In this document: positions 1 through 11,972 of the stretch, piece after piece
Layout: each line of letters begins with the position of its first letter
How positions within the stretch are numbered: position 1 is the first letter of the stretch
DNA from: the human T2T-CHM13v2.0 reference genome, Homo sapiens
Reading direction: 5' to 3' (one strand)
DNA length: 64,000 nucleotides
NCBI RefSeq assembly: GCF_009914755.1
Contig: NC_060931.1
The notes under the pieces: model-generated
What the model was told of the DNA's origin: nothing
Database searches by the model: none
Seen by the model: only the letters and a program-made list of their open reading frames with translations
Position numbers and translations under genes: made by a program

Positions 1-445
1 TAGCAGCATTATTCACAACTGCTAAAACATGTAAGCAATCCAAGTGTCCACTGACAAATGAATGGATAAGCAAAATGTCGTACATACATACAATGCATCC
101 CATTCAGCCTTAAAAAGGAAGGAAATTCTGGTATGAATGAATCTGATGGACATTATGCTAGACGAAATAAGCCAGTCACGAAAAGATGAATACTGTATGA
201 TTCCAGTTGCATGAGATACCTAGAGTCATCACAATCAAACACAGAAAGTAGAATAGTGGTTGCTGTCAGAAGTGGGTAATTGGAAGTTATTAATGGTCAC
301 AGAGTTTTAGTTTTATAAGATGAAAAGAGTTCTGGAGATAAATGGTGGTGACGGTTGCACAATAATAAGAATGTACTTAATACCACAGAACTGTACCCTT
401 AAAATGCTTAAGATGGCAAATTTTATGTTATGTGTATTTGCTACA
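1..445 (+). mobile_element. Old L1 (L1MB-like) 3' end fragment
   Basis: L1 3' motifs GCAGCATTATTCACAA, GAATGGATAAGCAAAATG and TTTTATGTTATGTGTATTT; runs off the window start. Confidence 0.75.
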
Positions 446-1540
446 GAAGAATTAAAATTGAAAAATATAAATATGACTAAAATTAATAAAGCAAGTTAGA
501 ATTTCCATGAGGCATTAAGAAAAAAATTAGATGATTATAGCAGCAAGATTGCCCAGGTAAATAATACGAAAAGGTAAGTCAGTGTATCAGGAAAGACAGA
601 AGGGACTTTGCCTTGCATACAACATACTATGTTAATGTAATATTTGCAGCAACAGCTATGTTCCAGAAGACTTTCTAAAGTTCTGGAGTCTGGGGCAACA
701 AAACAGTGAAGAACTGGTGCACCAACTTGGTATAGATGAAATCCAACAATTTTACAAACATTTACTAGTCAGATAATATAAACCTGGCACTATTCTAGGA
801 CCCCCCCCCATATCTGCAAAGTATGGTAAAAATTGTTAATTCAAAGAAAAATTAAAATCTGTAATCACCAACCAAACAAATAAGAGTCGCGTCTAATTGA
901 TACGATACTCTTCAAAAATAGTAACCAGTGAAAGAAACAAAATGCTGGAGTGAAGCAGAGAGGGTCATTACTGCCTGGCTCCACAGAGCCCCTTTCCTTC
1001 AAACCCCTCCATAACCCTCCAGAGGTTTTATTTTGAGTTGACAAAATTCTGAGAATTATCAATGATGTGACACATAGAGAAAAGAAAACTCAGTAGGCAG
1101 ATCATTATTTTCTTCCTAAATGCAATGGAGACAAGTGACGCCAGGGAAGAGCACTCTAGAGCTGACTCTTTAAGAATGGAAGGAGGCTCCCAGGCCACCC
1201 AGAGATCAAATTATAATGGGGTCTCCTGCAGGAGAAGTATAGACTCTCCAACCAGGGAATTAACATGGAACAAGGCATTGCACAAAAATCTCAGAGGAAA
1301 GAGCAGAGACAAGTTATTCAGACTGCAGGGCATCTTGGTCAAGTCCTGTGCTCCCTCTGTCACTCCCTCAGGCTAAGAAAGTAAAGCTGAACACAAAATT
1401 CTTAGCCCTCAGACGAGGGGAAATAAATCTCAGATATTGTTGGAACACAAGTAGTCACTCCCACTCTGTCTGCCCAGAGCCATGCAAACAACATCAAGAT
1501 GGAGAAAATGGCCCAGAGACTATGCAAATATATTAGATAC

Positions 1541-1958
1541 TGTATTAGTCAGAGTTTTCCAGAGAAACAGAACCAACAGGATGTGTGTGGAGAAAGAGGG
1601 ATTGATTTTAAGAAACTGGCTCACAAATTGTGGAGGCTGGCAAATCTAAAATGCACACAGCTGTCTGGCAGGCTGAAAATTCCAGCAAGAAGTTGATGTC
1701 TTCAGGTCTTAAGTCCCAAGGCAGTCTGGAAACAGAATTCCTTCATCCTCAAGGGACCTCAGTCTTTTTCTCTTAAGACCCTCAACTGATTGGATGAAGC
1801 CCACCCACATCATGGAAGGTAATGACTTTCCGCAAAGTCTACTGATTGAAATATTAATAACATCTAAAAAAAAACTTCACAAGAACATGTAGATGTATAT
1901 AATCAAATAATTCAGCATCATAGCCTAATCAAAGTGACATAAAAAATTAAGTATCACA
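1541..1958 (-). mobile_element. MLT2-family ERVL solo LTR
   Basis: TGTATTAGTCAGAGTTTTCCAGAGAAACAGAACC ... AAAGTGACATAAAAAATTAAGTATCACA, the reverse complement of the MLT2 termini. Confidence 0.75.
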
Positions 1959-2053
1959 CACAAACATGAGGGTGCACATACACATATCCATCTAGAATAA
2001 TAATCTAGAAGAAGAATAATAGTTAACATTCAATGCATGTGCTAGGTACTGTT

Positions 2054-2370
<317 letters not shown>

Positions 2371-2599
2371 CTTAGGTACTGTTCTTTACGTTTCACATGT
2401 ATTTACTCATTTAATCCCCATAGCAAAACTTATGAGGTAGATAATGTTTATTTTTGTATTTAACAGACTAGAAAACTGAGGCAGAGAGTGCTTGAGTAAC
2501 TTATGCAAGACTACATGCTAGCAAATGGCTAAGCCGGTAAAGATTGGCAGAGTTTGCTCAAAACTCATGCATTTTACCACTGAACTAGAAGAAAATGCA

Positions 2600-3700
2600 A
2601 CTCAGGAAATAGAATGCAATTCCCCCGCTTCACTCTAAGAAGGCCTTAAGAACATTAGTTCAATAAAATAAGAGCATACTAATAGAATAATTTAAAAATT
2701 AAATGAGATGATAAAGGAAATGACCAGTCTAGAGAACAAATTTTGGACTATGCAACACGATTATGGAAATGATAACTAAATTAGAAAATGCAAGGCACAG
2801 AATAGACAAAAGTCGTTGCTGGCAGAAAAGAACTGAGATAATCTGAATGAATGCAGATAAAAAAGACAAAGAATTAAAGCAAATTTGGGAGAATATTATA
2901 GACATGAAATATAATATATATTATAGTATTATATATATGAGAATCCAAAGAAAATTTTCATAATATTATTGAAGTAAAAATTCCACTTCAAGATATATTC
3001 AAAGACATTATACAATAGAATTTCTCTAAAATGAAGGATAATAATTTAATATATTAAAGAGCAAGTCCCTACTTATACAAAACAAAAAAAGTTCATGATA
3101 CTCCAAGAAAATTAGAGGTAGTATGCTCAATAATATTTCTTAGCTGAACTATTGAATGTCAAGGATAAAGAAAAAATTCTTCAGATATTGAAACAGAAAA
3201 GAAGGGAAAAACTGTATCACTTCAGAATTATCAATAACACTCAATTCCACAAGACAATAAAGCAATGTCCATAAAGTTCTGTGAAAATTTAATCTAAAAA
3301 TATTATAATTAATCAAGATGTCATTTGAGCATAGAAACCACTAACAGACATTCACTAGCATGAAAGAACTCAGGAAATGCAATACACATTATTTCTTCTT
3401 GGAGAAGAAAAATTTTCTTGACAATGACATCCAGTCAAATAAAAGATGATTAAAAATAAATTTAAGAATGGCAAAGTGAGATTAAAAGAACTGGTAATGA
3501 ACAAGGAATGTATTTAAACATACAGTGAAAGTAGACAACTAATAAAAGTATGGTAGCAATACTGAATGTGAATGTTATAAACTTGAACAATGTAAACTAA
3601 TTATGTAACTGCAAAAATTGGGAAATAGGGGAAAGGGAAAGTGGGAAGAAATTTAAGAGTGCTAACATCCTCATCTTTCAAAATTAGGGAATTGATATTA
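2600..3700 (+). mobile_element. Highly decayed L1 ORF1/HAL1-like remnant
   Basis: A-rich stretch with ORF1 C-terminal-like AAGACAATAAAGCAATGTCC...AAGATGTCATTTGAG; boundaries approximate. Confidence 0.4.
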
Positions 3701-3771
3701 TATAAATATATATTTTTAATGTTACAAATTAATACTAGCCTCTACATGTTTATCTCTAAACCTTGCTTTTT

Positions 3772-4245
3772 TTAACTTTATTTAGGTTTGAGAGTACATG
3801 TGGAGGTTTGTTACATAGGTAAACACGTGTCACGGTGGTTTGTTGTACCTATTATTTCATCACCCACATATTAAGCCCTGTACCCAGTAGTTTTCTGCTC
3901 CTCTCCCTCCTCCCACCCTCCCCCCTCAAGCAGACACCAGTGTCTGTTATTTCCTTCTTTGTGTTCATAAGTTTGTATCATTTAGCTCCCTCTTATAAAT
4001 GAGAATCTGTGGTATTTGGTTTTCTGTTCCTGCATTAGTTTGCTAAGGATAATGACCTCCAGCTCCATCCAGATTCCCACAAAAGACATGATCTTGTTCT
4101 TTTCTATGGCTACATAGTATTCCATGGTGTGTATGTACTACATTTTCTTTATCCGATCTGTCATTGATGTCCATTTAGGTTGATTGCATATCTTTGCTAT
4201 TGTCAACAGTGCTGCAATGAACCTCTTGGCATATACCCAAATGAA
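3772..4245 (-). mobile_element. 5'-truncated older primate L1 (L1PA13-16/L1PB-like) with a tiny 5' inversion
   Basis: Reverse L1 3'UTR (GTACATGTGGAGGTTTGTTACATAGGTAAAC); TSD TAAACC(T/C)TGCTTTTT at 3757-3771 and 4246-4260. Confidence 0.85.
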
Positions 4246-4533
4246 TAAACCCTGCTTTTTTAGCACTAGTCAGTTCTTTTATGAAAAAAAATCCTGTGGT
4301 GAACAAACATTCTTCACTTTAGTTTTGTTTTTCTTCTACTGATATCAAATAAAATATAAATAACTATCTTTTGTTAAAAATAGTTACTAGGGTCTTATCC
4401 TATTTTCATAACTTTTATTTGTCTATTGCTCTATCCTTCTAATTGTATAAAATGCATACAAAGTACAATGCATACATTGTACGAAATGCATAAAATATTT
4501 TTATAAAAACAATCAGGTGACTTTTTCCCTTTA

Positions 4534-4860
<327 letters not shown>

Positions 4861-5639
4861 TTATAAGCAGTATACCAAGATGTTAACAGTGGTTCCTTTT
4901 GAGTGATGAGAAAATGGACAATAGTAATTTTTTTTTTACTTTTGTCCGGGTTTTTAATTTATGTTGCAAATTTAATTTGCAACATAAAAAATGAGGTATT
5001 AATGAATTACTTGTTCACCAGTCTACTAATCATGAATTTAGCATGCATTAAACATATGTACTTTATTAATATGTATTTTTTCATAAACTTATCCTAGGAA
5101 ATAAAACAGGTAATAAAGAATGCAAATATCTCAACCTCTACAATGTTCAAAGGGAAAGTGTGCAAAACGTGCATGTCTTAGTAGGATCCCTAAGTTAGCA
5201 ATTAATGAATGATGTGGGGAATGTGGGAAATGTATTCTTGGATATACCTTTTATCTCATTATTGTTTACTACTCAATTCTGTGAAATAACCTCTATTTTA
5301 TGTACTATGGCACATTTACAACATACAGCATCTGAATAAAATTATACAACTGGTTATACAGAACTAGCAGTTTAGATATTATAAAGTAGCTGTCTTGTTA
5401 CCTCATAAACCATAAACCACATTAGTATCTGAGAAATTAAAAAAATTTCTAAAATGTCCCACTTCAGGTATAGAATTTTACAAGATTTAGGGGGAAATTA
5501 TCACATCGTTTCTTATATTAAAATAACAACAATAGCAATATAAGCCTAAACCAAAAACCTAAAAAGAAATGGTTACTAGACATAAGAGAGCAGAGAGATA
5601 GGGACTGAAGGTACACTTCTTTCAATACATAATGTTTTT

Positions 5640-5934
5640 TGTTTGTTTGTTTGTTTTTGAGACAGATTCTAGCTCTGTTGCCCAGGCTGAGTGCAGTGGC
5701 ATCTTGGCTCGCTGCAAACTCCACCTCTCGCGTTCAAGCAATTAACCTGCCTCAGCCTCCCAAGTAGCTGGGATTACAGGCGCCCGCCATCACGCCCAGC
5801 TAATTTTTGTATTTTTAGTAGACACGGGGTTTCACTGTATTGGCCAGGCTGGTCTCAAACTCATCACCTTGTGATCCACCCACCCCGGCCTCCCAAAGTG
5901 CTGGGATTACAAGCGTGAGCCATCACGCCCGGCC
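5640..5934 (-). mobile_element. AluS element
   Basis: Reverse Alu; TSD ACATAATGTTTTT at 5627-5639 and 5935-5947. Confidence 0.93.
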
Positions 5935-6354
5935 ACATAATGTTTTTAATATTTGAGTTTAGAACCATGTATTTTACATAATTCTAAACTTACTTTTAAA
6001 AAATGATCCCTATAACTTGAGCAGAATGAGAAAATGAATCTACCTGTGTAAGAGTTGGTAGCATAACCATACAAAGAACTTGTAAAGAGACTTTATAACA
6101 CAGTAATATGACCGAACATACCTGGTGTGATATGCTCTAAAGATTAAAAAAGAACAAAACTGCAAACAAAAACTCTTAATCTGTTTCCAGTAATGATATT
6201 GTTGATCATATTGGCACCATGTATTGGGATAAAGCTAATGAATAATCATGTTGATGTCATTTGGAGTATGGAAAAAGAGATGCAAAAGGTTAATTAAAAA
6301 CTCTATGAGATCCTGATTTGAAAAGAAAGTCGGTATACATTCATGATTATAGAT

Positions 6355-6395
6355 ACACACACACACACACACACAGAGAGACACACACACACACA
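6355..6395. repeat. Interrupted (CA)n microsatellite
   Basis: (AC)n-AGAGAG-(AC)n seen directly. Confidence 0.9.
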
Positions 6396-6708
6396 TTGTT
6401 CTCAGCTCTGTCTGCTGAAAAGGTCTTGAAGCAATGAAGAACTCACTAACAACGTGTAAAAATAAAGCCCAGTTTATGATCTCTAATGGTCATTTTCAAT
6501 TCTAAAATTAGGGCCCCTTAAAGGCAGATTTCGGGTCAGAAGCAAAACGTATATAACTTTGACCCGAAACATTTTGTCATACCAAAAACAAGAAAAAGCC
6601 ATCAAAGCCTATTGGCATAAAGTCTCAGGAGTCACTTTGAAGAGTCACCTGCAGGCCAAGAATAGGTCTGAACTTCAATTAGAAGAATGCCTGCCATGGA
6701 TTGAAATA

Positions 6709-7043
6709 TAGTTGGCCCCCTGTATCCATGGGTTCTGCATCTATAGATTTAACCAAACATAGGTCATAAATATTTAGAAAAAAATGCATCCGTGCTAAAC
6801 ACATACAGACTTTTTCCCTTTGTGTTATTCCCCACATAATACAGTATAACAACTATTTACACTGCCTTTATATTATATTAAGTATCATAAGTAATCTAGA
6901 GATTATTTAAAATATATGAGACGATGTGCATAGGTTATATTCAAATACCACACCATTTTGCATCAGGGACTTGAGCATCCACAGGTTTTGATACCTACAG
7001 GAGGTCCTACAGCCAATCCCCTATGCATACTGAGTGATGACTG
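6709..7043 (-). mobile_element. MER2 (TcMar-Tigger) non-autonomous DNA transposon
   Basis: Imperfect terminal inverted repeats AGTTGGCCCCCTGTATCC ... GCATACTGAGTGATGACTG flanked by TA; ~335 bp. Confidence 0.75.
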
Positions 7044-7643
7044 TATGTCAAATGTGTTTAAATCCAGGAAGTCATAATAATCCTAATTTTTTAAAGTGGG
7101 TCTTATTAAAAGGTGTTAATTTACCAATTCATTATTTTCAAAATTGGTAGAGAGACATAATCAAGCATTTATCCCATCTTTCCTATATTAATAATGTTTT
7201 AGAATAACTAGTTGCTGAGAAACATGAAAGAAACAAGTCTGCCTACCAGACAAATAATGAATGATAAAATCAACATAGCACTGTTTTGAAAATACTAATG
7301 AATTAATAGATCTAGAAAATGATAGTCAATGGCTGCTAACAACTCAAAAGGAGAAACAACCACATATCATGTGCTTCCTACCAGAACAACACAACACATG
7401 TGAAGTAGTCTCATCAAAAAAAAAAAAAAAGAAAAAGAAAAGGAAAAAGAAAAAAATGTACAGAGGATCAAACTTCTAGATACAACTACCAATTAACAGG
7501 AAATAATCGAAACAGAGAAACAAGTTAAAAGGCAATCAGCAAAGTCCAGAATGCGGTACACTCTCCTGACCTGTCTTATCAATAAACTACAATAGAGAGA
7601 GAAAGAGAGAGCGAATTACAGATTCAGGGAGATTTAAGAAACA

Positions 7644-8010
7644 TGCAGTAGAAGGAATGTTCGTGTCCCTCCAAAATGCATGTGTTGAAATCGTAACCCC
7701 TAAGGTTATGGTATTAGGAAGTGGGGTCTTTGGAAGATAATTAGATCATGATGGTGCAGCTCTTATGAATGAGATCAGTGCCCCGATAAAAGGGACTTTG
7801 AAGAGCTCTCTCATTCTTTCCTGCCATGTGAGGATATAACAAGGAGACAATATGACAGTCTGTAACCTGGAAGAGGGCCTTAAACACAACCAGACCATGC
7901 TGACACCACGATCTCAGACTTCCAACCTTCGAAACTGTGAGAAATAAATTTCTGTTGTTTACGTCACCCAGACCATGGTACTTTCTTACAGCAGCCTGAA
8001 CTAACAAAAC
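7644..8010 (+). mobile_element. MLT1A-like MaLR solo LTR inside an old L1MC-type 3' fragment
   Basis: AATGTTCGTGTCCCTCCAAAAT...GTTGAAAT start; AAATAAATTTCTGTTGTTT...CAGCAGCCTGAACT end. Confidence 0.8.
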
Positions 8011-9249
8011 CAATTGTAATGTATGGACTTCATTATAATTCTGATTTCAAGTAGTAAACTGTGTGGGCCGGAATTAGGAAGCAATGAGAAATATTTGAAT
8101 GCTAACTGGATATTTAATGTAAGGAATTATTTTATGTTGTTTTAGGTGGGATAATGGCGTGGATATGTTTTTATTTTTTTTAATTCCTACCTTTATACAG
8201 ACATGCTGAAATATTTACAGTTGAAATGATTAACTGTCTGGGATTTTTTTCAAAATAATCTCAGTGCAGAGGAAACTGGAAGGGTTGTAGATGAAACTTG
8301 GAAGTGGATGTTTCTCTCTACTTTTGGATATGCTTATAATTTTCCATATAAAAGTTCTGAAAACGGAAAATAAAATGCTCACATTGTGAGGCTAAGGCCA
8401 AAAGAAATCAGAGATGCATGAGAATTTCCAAATTCAGGATTATTTAAGAACAACATAGAGAAAAAAATACTTCTGGTTTGAGTTGCAAAAATTTATTTCT
8501 TTTATGCAATATACTAAAAAATCATAATTAATTGAAAAATATAATACTTCATATGTAAAGGGGAGAAAACTACTCCACCAAAGATGTCACATCTTTTAAT
8601 TCATTTGGAGATCAAAGAAATGTGTCTGCCAGGCAACCAAGGGCTCATGGAAAGGTGTGGTTTCTGTACAAATGCTATTTGTCTAATATTTTGTGCTGTT
8701 AATGACTGTCCCATTAGCATCTTCACTACACTTACTTTCATAGAAAGGAGAAACATGATTTATAGAGCCCTTTAGTGACAAGGGTGAGGATCCTACACAC
8801 TATGTTGCTGGTTTCCTAGTCTTCAGCAAGAAAGTGTAGGAGAGAAGCAAAAAACGTCCTGTTCAACCCCTGCTCCTGGATGTGGCAAGGAAGAGGAGTT
8901 ACCCGGCTTGAAACAAAAGAAATCCTAAGTCTGACACACAATGTCATGTTTAAATTCCCCTTTCTCCAAAATGTAAAATAAATCTGCTTCCATCTTCTAA
9001 AATACTATGGGACTAAACATCCTTTTGTTATGCTAAGGAAAAGCCAGTATTCGCGTTGATTTAGAAGAGGGATGTTCTGGTTATAGAACGATGCTGTGTC
9101 TCAGAAACACTTAAATACTATTAAGCTAGAAATAGAAGGGAAAATAATGCTTCCCCGCATCTCCCCTCAAGTGTAGTCCTCTTTTTTTAGCCTGATTTCC
9201 GACGAAATGTCTGAATGCCTACAGTTATTTGGCCATCCTGAAAAGTGCA

Positions 9250-9640
9250 ACTTATCCTGACGTCTCGAGGGACGGAAAAGTTACCGAAGTCCAAGGAATG
9301 AGTCACTTTGCTCAAATTTGATGAGTAATATCAGGTGTCATGAAACCCAGTTTCGAAGGAGAGGGGAGGGGGCGTCAGATCTGCAGACGGAAGCAGGCCG
9401 CTCCGGATTGGATGGCGAGACCTCGATTTTCCTAAAATTGCGTCATTTAGAACCCAATTGGGTCCAGATGTTATGGGCATCGACGAGTTACCGTCTCGGA
9501 AACTCTCAATCACGCAAGCGAAAGGAGAGGAGGCGGCTAATTAAATATTGAGCAGAAAGTCGCGTGGGGAGAATGTCACGTGGGTCTGGAGGCTCAAGGA
9601 GGCTGGGATAAATACCGCAAGGCACTGAGCAGGCGAAAGA
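9250..9640 (+). promoter_or_regulatory. TAC1: TAC1 proximal promoter
   Basis: CRE-like TGACGTCT 9258-9265; AP-1 TGAGTCA 9299-9305; AP-1-like TGAGTAA 9322-9328; E-box CAGGTG 9332-9337; CRE/AP-1 hybrid TTGCGTCA 9438-9445; USF-type E-box GTCACGTG 9575-9582; TATA-like ATAAATA 9608-9614. Confidence 0.9.
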
Positions 9641-9747
9641 GCGCGCTCGGACCTCCTTCCCGGCGGCAGCTACCGAGAGTGCGGAGCGACCAGCGTGCGC
9701 TCGGAGGAACCAGAGAAACTCAGCACCCCGCGGGACTGTCCGTCGCA
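9640..9747 (+). other. TAC1: TAC1 exon 1 (non-coding 5'UTR)
   Basis: Starts ~25-30 nt after the TATA-like box (TSS inferred); ends at donor CGCA|GTAAGT (GT 9748-9749); contains no ATG. Confidence 0.88.
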
Positions 9748-10164
9748 GTAAGTGCCCGCGCGGTGCTGGCCGCGGCTGCCCGGGTCACCCCGCCCCGCAT
9801 CTGTCCGAGGTGGCCGCGCTGGGGGCGCCGCTGCGGCGAGGGACAGTGGGGAGACTGGCTTCCCAAACGCCAACGCCCCTCTTTGTCTTCCACCTGCAGA
9901 GTTTCCTGGTTTGAAGGTGTGGGTTGGTGGGTTAGGGGGCTGGGGGAGTTGGGATTCAGGGAGAAGAGGGTTGGAGAATCTTTGGGACGCGATTCTCTCG
10001 CCTAACCGGTACAGGTGAGACTTCAGTCCTTATGTTTTTGATCTTGGTTCATCCGTTGTGGGGCAGAAAATTCTGTTGCTTTAACTCTTGGATAACCACC
10101 CCTAATAGATACATTATTTCTCTCTTTGGTGTCTTCTCCTCCTACCCCTTCCCAGAAATCCAAC

Positions 10165-10287
10165 ATGAAAATCCTCGTGGCCTTGGCAGTCTTTTTTCTT
10201 GTCTCCACTCAGCTGTTTGCAGAAGAAATAGGAGCCAATGATGATCTGAATTACTGGTCCGACTGGTACGACAGCGACCAGATCAAG
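10165..10287 (+). CDS. TAC1: TAC1 exon 2 coding part (exon starts 10156): signal peptide and acidic propeptide, aa 1-41
   Basis: Acceptor CCCAG|AAATCCAACATG; [41 protein letters not shown]; donor AAG|GTGAGG. Confidence 0.99.
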
Positions 10288-11274
10288 GTGAGGCCCCTTC
10301 CCAGGACGGCCCGCACCCTTCTTCCTGGGCTCGGGAGCTGTCACCTTCCCACGCAACAGCACCCTAGTTAACGTGGCACGCACCGCCACCACGGAAAGAG
10401 GCAGCGGTTGCGTGCGAGAGGATGGAAAGGGGCACTATTTCCCGGGTTCCCCACGGGATTTTGTGCCCACGATTCAAGTTTCTTCCCGAGGGCTGCACCG
10501 TCCGGCCCAGGAACTCCCTGCAGTAGGGATGCCCTCCCGGATGAGCCCGAGATCCTCACAAGGCGGGAAATCTCGTAAGATTTCATCCCCCAGGACCTGG
10601 GATTTCGGGGGCTCCGGTCCAGCTGCACTGCCCTAGCGTCTGGGCACGGGCAGAGGAGGGCGCCTGGGTCGCGGGCAGCAGCGGGCACACGCGCGAGCTG
10701 CAGGGGGATTGGAGGGCCGGAGGCTGGAGGGAAGTTAATTTCCTGCCTTCACGTTTGTTTTGCGGACCTGAGGATGTAGCTTGAAGTCTCCCTTTAGAAA
10801 CTCGTAGGCTACAGGCGCTGGGGAGCGCGCCTCGGAAAAACGGTGAAAGTCGTCTGTAAAGCGTTGTCACCCTTCCCCACCGGAGCCCCAGCCCCAGATC
10901 CCACACACCTGTGTGCATTTAGGGCGGTGAGGACTCTACAAAGCCGGCACCGAGACAAGACAAAGTCAGGTGGCGGCGCAGCAGATGAGGGAAGGTCCCC
11001 GGGCTGGGAGGAAAGAGCGGAAAGCGCTCGAAGCTTGAAGACGCCGAGCCAGCTGCTAACTCGCCCTGGCAGGCTTGCGGGGGGCGGGACGCGAGTTCGG
11101 CGGGGAGGGGCGCAGAGAGGCAGCGCCTCGGGAGGGACCCCGCTCAGCCCGAGCGTGGGGAAGGCCGCCTCCCCACGCCTCGGGGCCGGAGTACAGCGGG
11201 GGGAAGGGCTCGGGTTGCTGGGTGCCTCGCTCTGGTTGCCTTACACGCCCTTTGTCCGTGCTTTTGTCTCCCAG

Positions 11275-11371
11275 GAGGAACTGCCGGAGCCCTTTGAGCA
11301 TCTTCTGCAGAGAATCGCCCGGAGACCCAAGCCTCAGCAGTTCTTTGGATTAATGGGCAAACGGGATGCTG
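11275..11371 (+). CDS. TAC1: TAC1 exon 3 (97 nt): substance [12 protein letters not shown] (11323-11355) plus the GKR amidation/cleavage signal
   Basis: Acceptor CCCAG|GAG; [32 protein letters not shown]; donor CTG|GTGAGA. Confidence 0.99.
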
Positions 11372-11799
11372 GTGAGATAGGCGACCGTCCCTAGGTGTCT
11401 TGGGCAGCCCGCCCTGTCTGCTCACTCCTTCCTGGAGTACCCCAGGGTCTCTCGCTCTGAATAGAGATTTCCACTCCAAGAGGGGTGTAATTCCCCAGGC
11501 GCGACATTGGCCCACACCGCACTAAGGCACGCACGGGCCCGCGGGGGGAGGGAAAGATCTGGTTCGCATGCCTCACTGTATTCGAGTGAAGCGCTCCCTT
11601 GACTAAAGATCCAAACTGACAAAGGGAAGGCACGGGCCTCCAGGGGTAGTACTGCGGATGATCCAAGTGCATGTGGAAGAGGATTTTATAGCATTCCCTG
11701 AGGTGAGAGTAGATTTGTCTTGGGATAGAAATATCGTTTCCTTGAATTCATCGCACGGTCAGTGGAACATGTAGTTAATGACAATTCGTCTCTTGTCAG

Positions 11800-11844
11800 A
11801 TTCCTCAATTGAAAAACAAGTGGCCCTGTTAAAGGCTCTTTATG
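11800..11844 (+). CDS. TAC1: TAC1 exon 4 (45-nt cassette; skipped in gamma and delta isoforms)
   Basis: GTCAG|ATTCC; (D)SSIEKQVALLKALY; weak donor ATG|GTAAAC. Confidence 0.98.
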
Positions 11845-11972
11845 GTAAACATTCCTATAAATCTTTATTTTACTATTGTGAAAGCACATGTAGGAAAGTG
11901 AAATAAAATCTTTTATGGGCTGAAATACAAGATCTGGGTCATGCCTGTTTAATAAAGAGATGGATTTGCGCA

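Larger units (their letters stand above)
9350..11570. promoter_or_regulatory. TAC1: CpG island over the TAC1 promoter, exons 1-3 and introns 1-2
   Basis: Abrupt rise in GC content and CpG density against AT-rich flanks. Confidence 0.9.

Noticed and set aside
4463-4482. Hairpin GTACAATG-CATA-CATTGTAC
   Set aside because: An 8-bp stem in AT-rich DNA is expected by chance in 64 kb; no supporting context.
10843-11394. 183-aa GTG-initiated ORF running through intron 2 in frame into the substance P exon
   Set aside because: No ATG upstream of the SP sequence and no signal peptide; low-complexity G/R/A/P composition; long open frames are expected in a GC-rich island.
9318-11672. Many overlapping 60-140 aa ORFs on both strands of the CpG island
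   Set aside because: Explained by stop-codon scarcity at high GC; none resembles a known protein apart from the TAC1 exons.
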